From assembly GCA_964035545.1 (NCBI GenBank), contig OZ037769.1, positions 11,438,633 through 11,502,632 on the forward strand: a stretch of DNA of 64,000 nucleotides, given 5' to 3'. This stretch comes from Bugula neritina. Taxonomy: Eukaryota; Animalia; Bryozoa. Shown in pieces: positions 40,648 to 52,763 of this stretch (position 1 is the stretch's first letter; each line of letters begins with the position of its first letter). The position numbers were made by a program, and so were the translations under genes. The notes beneath the pieces were generated by a model. The model worked only from the letters and a program-made list of their open reading frames with translations, ran no database searches and was not told the DNA's origin.

Positions 40648-43600
40648 GCTGCAATATGATATAGTGGAGTTAAAGTTGTTTTAACTGGTACCAAAACCAC
40701 ATAATTATAATACTAAGTCTAATACTGAGTAATAGCCAACAAATAGTAAATAATGATAAAACACAAGTTCAAAAATAAATATTTCAATAATTATAAAATT
40801 TAGAATTCAAGCTCTGGCATAACTTTAACAATCTCTTTATTTTTATATAAAACAATAGATATTAGGTGCTTGACATTAACTTTAAGATTTGATTTTGTCA
40901 GCTGGAAGACAGTTTGAAGCTAGAATAATTAATTAGAACTAAGGCTATTTTAAATAATTTAAAACCTAAACTTAAAGTTTTAATTATACTTCAACTTAAG
41001 CGTAAAGAAATGTATTAGTTATTGATGCTTTACTTTTAGTCTATTCATAATCATAATGATAATGTAATAATAATAGTTGATACTACTACTAGTAGTTTAC
41101 ACCATTATTATTATAGTTATTTTGTGTTCGAAATAGCCCCGCCTATTCTACAGCAACATTTTCGCGAGTCAGGCGGAATGTTTTTCAAATCAAGCCTTCG
41201 GGCCATAAACTAGATGCGATAAAAATTGCTAGTTTGCTGAAAACATGAGATCCTGCCACAGATAAAACGAGGCAAATGGAGGGGAGTTATTGCACCGACT
41301 ATTTTGAACATGACTAACTTGAAGGCTAATATAGCGTCATTACCTATGATTGTAAGGCTGCTTTTTCAAAATAAAATTATTGAGAACTTTGTGGTAGCCC
41401 TAGTTTTTTCGCGCAACTAACTATCTGAGTTGGACATCGCAAAGATAAATTTTTAAGAAATACGAACTATTACCAGCTGAATGAATTGAAGACGTCAAGT
41501 TCAAAACCGGAACTTTTGCCATTTTATCGAGACAAGTTAAAAAACCTCCTCTCTGACGGCCACTCTGGGTCATAAGATATTCACTCATCATATCACATAT
41601 GTCAATGTTTATTTTATATTTAAGTAAAAACTCAAACTTTTACCATAGAATTGTGTTTAGCGAAGTAGATATATGTGTGTGGTACAGTGACTATTAGTAT
41701 TATTATTTATTAATACTTGTGCCTTGCATTTTATTTTTACTTTTTAGTCTGTACCACTATGATCTATCACTATGACTAAGTCTAACACTACCAGTACCAG
41801 TGGCAGTGCTGTCGACCACTATGAGTAGACGTAGTAGTACTACTAGTTTTACTAGTACTGTAGGCTGTAAGTGTAACAGCAACACTAACAGTAACAGATT
41901 AACAGTAAAGAGTAATACTAATTTTCACTTGCAGTTGCTTAAAAAGACACCTTAAACTTTAAAGTAACACTAAAAGTTAAACTAAACTAAATTCACTAAA
42001 CTTTAAACTTAGATTTATGTTTACGTTACTAAGAATAACGTAACTCTGAGTTTGAGGTTTAGTGTTAGTCTTAGTGTTACTCAGTTACTGTTAGTGTTAG
42101 AATTACAGGCAAAGTCAAAGTGTAACTGTAAGTGAAAATTCAAACCTAAACGCGGCGAGGCTTTAAAACTTTCATACTTAGAGTTATGCTGTATTGTATT
42201 TGTTAGTCTTTGAGATTTAGGGTTGTGACTGTCAATGGTGCCGTTGGCCTTAGTGTTTTACTTAGCTTTTCCTATCAAGTTTGACCAACACAGCTTTCAC
42301 TTTTCATTCTAGTTTCAGATTCACATTGATTTTGATTTTAATAATCATAACGATTAATTAAAATTCTGAATGTAAATGTAATTTCATATATTATAATTAT
42401 TACAATTATTATTAATGGTATAATTATAGTTTTAGTTCAAATTATTTCATACTAATATTTTAAATAGTAGTATTCATTTTGAATGATTTAAACTATAATA
42501 TTATTATTTATCATTATCATTATGATATAAATTGTATTTAAAACAATATTATTATTTATATTATATTTGTTATAAATTTATTATTAGTGTTAATTACTGA
42601 TATATTAATATTCAATTAATCTTATTGACAACATTAATACAACTATAAGTCTGATAATTAATTCTGAAAATCAATATAAATATGGTTTCACTTTATATTA
42701 ATTACTAATTAAAGTGATAAGAATATTTAATATTTTAATATCAATGTGATTTTTATTTTGTTATTTAATTTTATTAGTTATAATAATTATTTAGTAATTT
42801 TTGTAACAATAATGTTAATGATATATTAATATTAAATTTAGTTTATATTTGTAGTTATAGTGTAAGTGTGTTTATTTTTACATTATATACTCAGTATAAG
42901 TATTACTCAAAGTCTATAAGTATTGGTATACACAGAGTGACAAATAGTTATAGTAATACTAGTAATAACAATATTCCTTATACTTGTAGCATATTATTCG
43001 TTAGTGTTATAAGGATAAATATAATGATAACTAATCATTTTCATCATGATATAATATTACTAATTGTTATAGTAATAATATATTTGTTACTATAATAATA
43101 ATTAAAGGTTAGTAAAAGTAAATATATAACTAATAATAGTACTTTATTGTATTATTTACATTAGTTTTGATGTCGATAGCCATAGTAATATGATTATCGC
43201 TCATCACTGTAATCTGTAATTATTTTATTTTACATTGGCATAGTTATTACAGTTACTAACTGTCAACAAACCACATTCGGCTCTGGCTTAACCGGCAAGA
43301 ATGTTTTAAAGTACATTCTACAGTCTTTGCCATAATTTTTGCAATGAGGGGCATTGATTAAATTTAACTCTAAAAACTCAACTCCTACTCTCGTTTTCTT
43401 TCCTATTCCAATTTCTGTGAAAATTGGACTCACATCTCAGTTAGCATTACAAAAATTGGTGTTCATTCATTCTCAGTAATTAGAATAATATAGCTTATTA
43501 GCACACTTTCTTATCAGCCACTATATTACAACTTCAAAGTTCTGCCATGCTTTTGTGTGTCTAGCATCAGTAGAATATAAGTTACTATAAATAGAATTGT

Positions 43601-44033
43601 TGAAATGATTCATCTAAGTGACATTGCTTTCAATTACTCTACAATGTACCAGTATTACCTGTGGTCCCATTTCCAACTAATTGTGATACTTAAGTTGTAG
43701 TGTTTTGTAATAACAGCATAATGCACCAGTTAGAGTTTTCATGCCTAGCAATACAACCAAAGTTTTTTATGCTACTATTTGAAATGTGGGTTTCGTTTCA
43801 TTGCATAAACTGCCTAACATTTAGTCTTTAGAGTTAATTATTTATTGTTTTTCTCTCACGTGAGACCCCTTATATAGAAATAAAGCAAGACTATCTACAA
43901 TTTATGGCCTACCATATTATTGGAATGTAGGTGTGGAGTAACTCAGGTTTAGTCTGACCTATCAGTACACAACTGGTTAGGCTAAATTCAAATATTATAG
44001 TTTGTTTGCTTCTAGGCTTGACAGTTTCGCAAA

Positions 44034-47000
44034 ATGGCAGCTTTTGATGACAGCAATCCATTTGCCGATCCAGAGGTGAACCCTTTCGGAGTAAGTACAT
44101 AGCACAGTGTAGTAAGTACATGACGTAGGTACACGGAGTACTTGCATATATTACAGCAGAGTAAGTACATATATTACAGTGGAGTAAGTACATATATTAC
44201 AGCAGAGTAAGTACATATATTACAGCAGAGTAAGTACATATATTACAGCCGAGTAAGTACATACATTCACAGTATAGTACGTACATGGAGTAAGTATGTA
44301 CATAGTAGTACAATATAGTTTGGATACAAACACATGTGAACTGGTTACAGGACAACTCCATAGATACTTCTGGAAGAACTCAGGCAGCCCCACTAGATGA
44401 CTATAATCCATTTGCACAGCAAGCTACTGCGGCAGCTTCACTACCACCAGTGAGTTCCTCCAGTGTCTCATTTCAAGTGTAAATCTGTGTTTAGTTTAAT
44501 ATTTGATTATCACCAGCCAATGAAATAACTCGGTGAAGTTTAGTGTGGAATGTGTTTCCCTTAACTCCCTGCTAATGCCTTACCTGAGTATAACATAGCC
44601 TGTTGACTTGTTACCTTCCAAACTGGTTGGTCAACTCTAAATATCTACTTTGTCCTGTTGCACCCAACTACGGACATGTTACTGCCAAGTTGGCTATTTA
44701 CTTAGTATTCCTAATACACGCATATGAAGGAATTACCATTCTGTGCTGATTTCAGCCCCAAGTCGCTGCTCCAGTAGCTGCACCATCACCTGCTGCCGCT
44801 ACGCCAGCCAGGAAGGAGCCGTTTGAAGATCCGCCCCCCTACCAGCCATCGGCAGCACAGCAAGTCGATACTACTGAGCTGCAAAGAAGACAGGAAGTGA
44901 GTTGTGTTTCTCTTCCGTTTCTGGTCGGAGTATTTGGTATACCTTGTAGTATAGTCTGAGTGTTTAGTATACCTTGTAGTACAGTCTGAGTATTTAGTAT
45001 ACCTTGTAGTATAGTCTCAGTATTTAGTATACCTTGTAGTATAGTCTGAGTGTTTAGTATACCTTGTAGTATAGTCAAGTGTATGCTATACCTGTATAGT
45101 ATACTATTCTAGCTTCATGTTGTATTCTGATGGAGAGAAGAACATGCCAATAGTGAGGTTTGAATTCTTACAACACTTATTCTATTAGTCCAGTTGGCCC
45201 TTCTCCAATATACTGTTAGTTCATTACTATGTTGGTCCACTACTCTGTTAGTTCACTACTATGTTGGTCCACTACTCTGTTAGTCCACTACAAGTTTAGG
45301 ACTATCCCATAAAAGAGAAGGCTGCGCAGTGAGTAGAGTACGTCCTCCCCAGCCTTCTTAGTCCACACTATACTGAGTGTCCCTTATGGCGCTCCTAGTG
45401 TAGTAGATACAGGCATACCACTCCCTGGTGAGCTTGTGGTAACCTCAATTATTCGCTCTGTCACTGTATAAAACTCTGTACTTTTTGGTAACAGTATGTT
45501 ATACACTTCATTATATTTGTTTTCACAGAAAAGTTATAGAAATTGGGTATTGTTGTATCAGTGATGTTGGTAGATGTGGTAATAGTATTAAGCAGTGGTG
45601 GAGGAAGGGGGGGACAGTAGTGTTGATAGTTGTGGTCAGAGTTGTTAATTAGTCACAACCAGGGTATTGCTAGTCTGGCTGGAGAATGTTTTGGTACAGC
45701 ACGAAACGCTCTGCTGCTCTCAAATTTGTTGGTACATTCACTGCCGGCAATCTATGTATGTCAGGTTTGATCCGTTGTGTTGGTTGAAGGTGAATATCTC
45801 GAACATGTAGTAACTGAATACGTACATGTTTTCTAGGAACTGGAGCGGAAGGCTGCGGAGCTACAGGAGAGAGAAAATAAGTTGAGAGAACGCAGCATGC
45901 AAGGGCGTAAGTTGTGTCACTCACTATAATACTATCACTTTGCTACTCAACTGTGTACTACTAACTATAATACTATCACTCTGCTACTCTACTGTGTACT
46001 ACTCACTATAATACTATCACTTTGCTACTCTACTGTGTACTACTCACTATAATACTATCACTCTGCTACTCTACTGTGTACTACTCACTATAATACTATC
46101 ACTCTGTTACTCAACTCTGTACTACTCACTATAATACTATCACTCTGCTACTCTACTGTGTACTACTCACTATAATACTATCACTCTGCTACTCAACTAC
46201 GTACTACTAACTATAATACTATCACTCTGCTACTTAACTCTGTACTACTAACTATAATGCTATTACTCTGCTATTCAACTGTGTACACTAATGTGATGAG
46301 GTATGTACATATGTTTGTACAGCCAAGCAGAACAACTTTCCCCCTCTACCATCCTGTTGCCCCTGCCAGCCCTGCTTCTTCCAAGACTTTGAACTGGAGA
46401 TCCCCGCTGAGTTCAGCAAGTACGTGAAGCTGGGATACTACACGTGGATTGGTAAGCTGTGGATATGAGAATCGTGTTCAGTATTAGATACAAACTTTAA
46501 GGCACTCATTTAAAGCGTTCTTTAAAATATGAAAAGTACACACACCGATGCACTTCTGTATAAAACATGGGAATCACTAGTTTATGGTGTAGAAGAAATG
46601 AATTAATGAAGTGTGTTTTGCTGATTGCTCAACATGCACAAACATATCACGCCTCATTAGGATAACTCCTCATTCAATGCACATAGACTGAGATTTGCTC
46701 TGTTGCAAAAGAACACATGTTTGTTTTCCCCGGATTTCTCCATTACTGCACTTTTCTTATATGGACACTTCTCAATACTTGTGTTAAGTGTCAAGAATGC
46801 TACTGAGTAGTATATATTGCGTTCTCTCTTTGTTACTATTAAACGGTCCACATCAATAACTTGTACCAGTGTGGTAGTAACACACTAGCGAGGTAAAAGC
46901 TCTAAGCACTGACTATGTTTGTACTGAGTTAATTTGTCACTTGAGAGAGTTCGTGATGGTGTCACAGACAGGCTGCGCAGCATGAAATGGAGATTTAACA

Positions 47001-48508
47001 AAGTTCCTCGATGAGATTAACGTTGTGGATTGTACGACCCCGTGTATCACAATAGGTGTATATGACATACACAGGTAGTAATTAGATGTGTTAATGTATA
47101 TTTGTATGTATTTTACAGGGAGGTCCGTCTACTACTTAATAAATTTCCTGATATCACTGGGCTACATCGGGACCAAGCAGGGCTCATTTGTTACTGGTAC
47201 TACTATTGGACTGGCCCTTCTCTTCCTCTTGGCTTTCATACCACTTTCTTTTCTCTGCTGGTACAGGCCCTTGTACAAAGCTTTCAGGTTAGTCTGGCCC
47301 ACACTACAATAGTTAGAATGCTATAAGTGGGAGAGCTATGCTATAAATAGGGGGGGGGGCAATTTTGGCAGCAGTTGATAATAATTTAAGTCAAATATAG
47401 TTGGCTAGAATTGACCAGCTTCCATAAAACGTAATCTCAGCCAGTAACTAGTCACTGCTAGTCTAGTATACAGTGTAGTCTCAGTTAGTAATCAGTTACT
47501 GCTAATCTAATAGAACAGTGTAATCTCAGTTAGTAACCAGTCACTGCTAGTCTAGTATACAGTGTAGTCTCAGTTAGTAACCAGTCACTGCTAGTCTAGT
47601 AGAACAGTGTAGTCTCGAGTTTTCATTGACAAATATTCAATTTTTACAGGAGTGACTCATCTATCAGCTTCTTTGTCTTCTTCATCGTCTCGGCCTGCCA
47701 GATCATTACAGACGTTATAGCCATCCTTGGACCATCAAAGACCGGCTATTTGTACGTATTCCATTTACAAGATATTATATTTATATATTTTTCAACTTCT
47801 GTGCAGAAGTTACAGGCAGAATTTCATCTATTGCAATTTACAAATCAGTTAATGCATATTTGATTTTCATGTATTTATACTCTACTTTACACTCCTGTTG
47901 TAGGGGAGTGCTAGCAGCTGTTGATCTGTTGAACATTGGTTCAACAGTCAATATAAACCTCGGCTACGCAATTCTGTTTGTGTCCGCGGTTGCTATACCT
48001 TTGCTTCCTCTGGACCTGTTTCTATTAATCAAGGTAAGCTGTATACCTGTGTGACTGATAGGGTCGTCAATGGTTCTGTGACCATGTATTTCGTCGAACT
48101 TGTGATTTTATTTTTATTTTCAACAGCCGCTTGTTTAATTCAGCCAGTTGAAGTTGGCAAAACACTTCAAGCATTCGTAACCGTTTCATTTTATTTCAAC
48201 ACAGCTGTACGAAAGTATGAAACATTTTTATTAATTAGAATTGTTTAAGTATTGATATTAAAAGAAATACAGTAATACTTATACGGAGAGATGCAATGAT
48301 ATTAGAGTTATAGAATGCAATGTGATGGCTGTTCCAGGTTCACAGGCTGTACAGAACGACAGATGCAAGTTTCCAGAAGGCGCAGTCTGAGTTTACTACA
48401 GGTGTCCTCAAGAACGAGGGTGTACGCAAGGCAGGCGCCCAGCTCGCGTCTGACGTGGCCACTAACGCCATGACTAACGATGCCACGGCGTCTGGCAACA
48501 GATACTGA
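44034..48508 (+). CDS. SCAMP: Secretory carrier-associated membrane protein, 9 coding exons
   Basis: Three NPF motifs (SNPF, VNPF, YNPF), [34 protein letters not shown], four TM helices with the E-peptide [34 protein letters not shown], stop at 48506-48508. Confidence 0.95.
44089..44300. repeat. 23-bp minisatellite starting at the donor of the first SCAMP coding intron
   Basis: Unit GAGTAAGTACATATATTACAGCA. The first degenerate unit overlaps the real GA|GTAAGT donor at 44091. Confidence 0.88.
44925..45076. repeat. 30-bp minisatellite (~5 copies)
   Basis: Unit AGTATACCTTGTAGTATAGTCTGAGTGTTT. Confidence 0.93.
45918..46287. repeat. 41-bp minisatellite (~9 copies) filling a SCAMP intron
   Basis: Unit ACTCACTATAATACTATCACTCTGCTACTCTACTGTGTACT, starting ~10 nt after the donor. 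Confidence 0.95.
47432..47616. repeat. 44-bp tandem repeat, 4 copies
   Basis: Unit GTAGTCTCAGTTAGTAACCAGTCACTGCTAGTCTAGTATACAGT. Confidence 0.93.
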
Positions 48509-51506
48509 CATTACCACTGACCTTGACCTGTACGAATCCCATTAGTCACGTGTGTTATATATTAATTGACACTGAGTCAGATGGCAGTGGTTATTTATTA
48601 TATGTCTATGTGTAATGTGTCCTCTGTACTCCCACCAGTATCTCTATAGTCTATAGTGCTTCACTAAGCATACGTTACACACTAAGCATACGTTACACAT
48701 TAGTCTTGTGCAATTGACCCATTCACTGGAGAGTTGAATTCTACCAATCAATAACCAGCAAGTAACGTGAGAGGATTAGCTGCTTCCTGTTTGAATGGTA
48801 ATACTCAGTCGATGGTACATTTTGGTTAATGTAGTGATGACCACGTTATATCTAAGTCTATTACCATGAACATCCGTGTATTGTTTAACCCACACAGCTC
48901 TGGTCTGATCAGTCCATTGGTTGGTTATGAAAGTTGATGCGATCATATACCACATCTCTTCGGTCTATTAAATATTTTTGTTAAGATTTTTTGTGTAATT
49001 TAATATATTTTACTGATGTGGCGAAGTTTTTAGCCTTTAAATAAATTCATTCCAGTGCAAGTTGCTGGTTTATTTATGTCTAAAGATTTGTATTTTTATC
49101 CAAGCTCAACTTGGATGCTTATCGGAGTTGATGGTTAGTATAATAGTTATTCACTTACAGGAAATAAAGGTATAAAAAACTTGGTTTACACAAAGTTCTT
49201 TATTATCAAGTTCACCCAAGTTCTACTAAATATATATCTACTATTCGAAAATATGCTGGCCTGTTCTATATTTGCTTATAGTATTACTAATAATTGAATC
49301 CCATTCTAATATTACATTAGATACCTGAAATTACACATCAGGTATTCAAAGAATATAGATTTCTTAAGTACCTAATGCAACATAAAATATGCATATGTAT
49401 GTACATTTATATTGTAAATATATGTACATATTATTTGTTTTGTATTGAGTATACGAACTATGTATGTTGGTATTATACACCAACTGCATGGCTATGTTGT
49501 TTGTAAAAACTTCAGTTGCATCTAATCAGAATAAATTCTGTGCGTTGTAAGAGAAAGATGGAGGGAAGGAGTTGGGTTTCAAAGGTGTACTGTTCTAGTT
49601 GAGAGGGCCTTTCTCTTGGAGATGGGCCAATAACCCTAAGAACCGCTGGTCTGAAAGTCCATTGATCTAAAACTATTTGCCTAGTACACATGCACACATA
49701 CATATGGCTAGCTATATTTATGTGGTCGGGCTTGATACTGAAGTATATTAGGTCCAATACATACAGGCCTACACAATAAAATTAGTAACACTTTATTGTA
49801 TTAAAAGACTTCATTTAGATTTCAGACTAATATGGACATTCAGACTAATGGACCTTCAGAATATATTGACTAGTCACCTTTTCTCTTACCAGCTCAATGG
49901 ACCTACAACTCAGATACTCAACATAAATATTATGTTTATGAAAAGATTGGGTATCGAAGTATCGAAAACTATATTCCTTAAACCATAATTCCATGCAAGT
50001 ACACAAAAGGGTTTATTTATTACACACCCAAGTATTGTGAAAGTGTATTGTGAAAGTGTATTGTAAAAGTGTGCACACCGTAATTCAGTCAACCACATAT
50101 CGTCAGTAATTAGGTATGTGTCATTTATAATATTATAATATAATTGTCGCTATTATGTGTACGCAGATAACAATGCATAAGATATTAAAAAAATATGGAA
50201 TACACATAAACACTTGACATAAAATAATATTGAACTCTATTGGCTAATTATTAATTAGCACTGCTTGAGTGTTAAACCATAAATGCTATATATACATATA
50301 TATATATATATAGCATTTATATATGTGTGTGTGCGTGCGTGCTTGCGTGTGTGTGTGTCAGCATGGCACACAAAATATCATATAATATATATAGCATCAT
50401 GTATAAAAACTTATATTAGTCACTTGCTAATTACTGTAGTGCATCTGCACTGCTGCTACTTCAGATCAGTTTCATATTAAGGGAAATTAGACACTGGTTC
50501 TTTTCTCATGTGCATGTATATGAAGTGTTGGTTGACCTGGTAATTGTAATCTTCTCTTATTATCAGCATGCTGGCTAGACTTAGATATTAATATATGAGC
50601 CAGTTTACTTCATTTAGTACACACCAGCAACTTATGACCTAACAATAAAGTTTGCTCAAAAGCAATTGAAATTTACTATACATGGTATTTTTTATGTGCT
50701 GATCTTAACTACGCATAACAGAAAAGGCTGGGAGGGGATTCCCCAACATTAAGGCACAGGTCATTGTCATATGCACTTAATATTCTATATGTGCGACCGT
50801 TAGGTTTTTTCGTACCAGTCCGTAACCAAAACTAGCTGAATAATTAGGGAAAAACATGGGAAATGAAGCAAAATTAAAAAGAACTTTGATTATTTAGGTC
50901 AATTTATTGATGTTTTACTAGTTTTTGCCAAAAAACCATGTTCATTACCAGTTAAATTGTAAAAAATAGCCAAAAACTGAAGATATCCAGTGTGTACTAA
51001 ATTAAGTAAAATGACCCATATATGTTTTCAACTTTGCAGCTGGTCACAACATAATTGGCTAAAAATATATTGTAATAATTTCAATATATAATTACCATAA
51101 TATATTAATATATATAATTTTATTTTCAGAGTTTGAAACTCTGATGAATCTAGGGGTCTTCGAAATATTAGTTTTCATTGTTTTAATATAAAGTAGTAAG
51201 AAAAATGTTTCTGGTTTATTTCTAATTATTTGATCAATTTTTAGGCTGAAATATTTAGACTAAATTTGAAGCTTTTATCTTAGCTTTCTTTCATCATTAT
51301 TATTAGGATAGTTGTGCGGAGGACGCTATATAGCCAAGGCTTCTTATTCTCACTGCAATTGAATCAGTTGTCTAGGTAGTCTATAAATATATTTATTGAC
51401 TTATGATAATATTTAAGCTGATAAGATATTAAAAGATGTATAGCAGCAGTGAATCTGAAGTCCTTGTGACACCTGACACAGTATGCCTTATTATAGTATG
51501 TTGCTA

Positions 51507-51926
51507 GGTTAGTTATAGTGCTGTCAGGTTAGTTATAGTGCTGTCAGGTTAGTTATAGTGCTGTCAGGTTAGTTATAGTGCTGTCAGGTTAGTTATAGTG
51601 CTGTCAGGTTAGTTATAGTGCTGTCAGGTTAGTTATAGTGCTGTCAGGTTAGTTATAGTGCTGTCAGGTTAGTTATAGTGCTGTCAGGTTAGTTATAGTG
51701 CTGTCAGGTTAGTTATAGTGCTGTCAGGTTAGTTATAGTGCTGCCAGGTTAGTTATAGTGCTGCCAGATTAGTTATAGTGCTGTCAGGTTAGTTATAGTG
51801 CTGTCAGGTTAGTTATAGTGCTGTCAGGTTAGTTATAGTGCTGTCAGGTTAGTTATAGTGCTGTCAGGTTAGTTATAGTGCTGTCAGGTTAGTTATAGTG
51901 CTGTCAGGTTAGTTATAGTGCTGTCA
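51507..51926. repeat. Highly homogeneous 20-bp minisatellite (21 copies)
   Basis: Unit GGTTAGTTATAGTGCTGTCA, with only about 3 substitutions across the array. Confidence 0.98.
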
Positions 51927-52614
51927 AGTGAACTCTGGTGCTGTCAAGCAGAAAGGTCAGACCAGATGCTAGCAAGATAGCCGGAGAGGAGGAGGCAGCC
52001 CTCCCTAATGCTAGCAAGATGCTCTCCTAACTGTTGGCTATTCATAACTATGACTAAATATTTTACTCTGGCGTATTTATAACTTTTAAAACTTTGCAAA
52101 GGCATAGGCCTAATAAATGTAATAACATGCATTGTGCCTATTTTACTTAGTTATATTAAAAACTATTTATTGTCAGCTATTTAGATGGACAACTAATTCT
52201 ATTTTAGTAGGACTATATAAGCTATAACAGGTGTTGGCATAACCTAGCACTAACAGCTTATGCTAATGTCACCTAAGAGTACGACACCTGCCTAAGCATA
52301 CAGTTAATAATGTTCCTACCAACCAACAACTGCAGCTAATGTACAAACTGTGAACAATACATATAAATACTGTTTACAGCAGCTTTCTGAACTCCATCAA
52401 AGTTTTTCATCACCAGTTTTCTTGTTATCAAAGCACTTCTGGTTGTGGACTTTAATACATTTATTTAAAATAAAGATATCTGGTTTGGGTATAGTTAAAA
52501 AAATTATACTGTATAAATAATATTACAGGAAGTGGTTAAAGATAGAGCTTTAGACTGGTTTGTTTGTCTCGCATAACATATATGGAAGTAATATTGTAAC
52601 CATAAATAGATATA

Positions 52615-52671
52615 AGACTGTTATTAGACTGTTATTAGACTGTTATTAGACTGTTATTAGACTGTTATTAG
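52615..52671. repeat. 11-bp tandem repeat, 5 copies
   Basis: Unit AGACTGTTATT. Confidence 0.9.
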
Positions 52672-52763
52672 AATTCAGCTTTTGTTCAGATATTTCATGG
52701 CTCTGGGATACAAACCAGGGAGAAAGCTTAAAGTAACAAACACTAAATAGTCAAGTCATAGAT

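Noticed and set aside
50785-51055. Possible MITE with TATGTGCGACC / GGTCACAACATA ends
   Set aside because: Inverted match too short and imperfect to support.
51507-51926. Interstitial telomere
   Set aside because: Only one GGTTAG per 20-bp unit, with no (TTAGG)n or (TTAGGG)n run.
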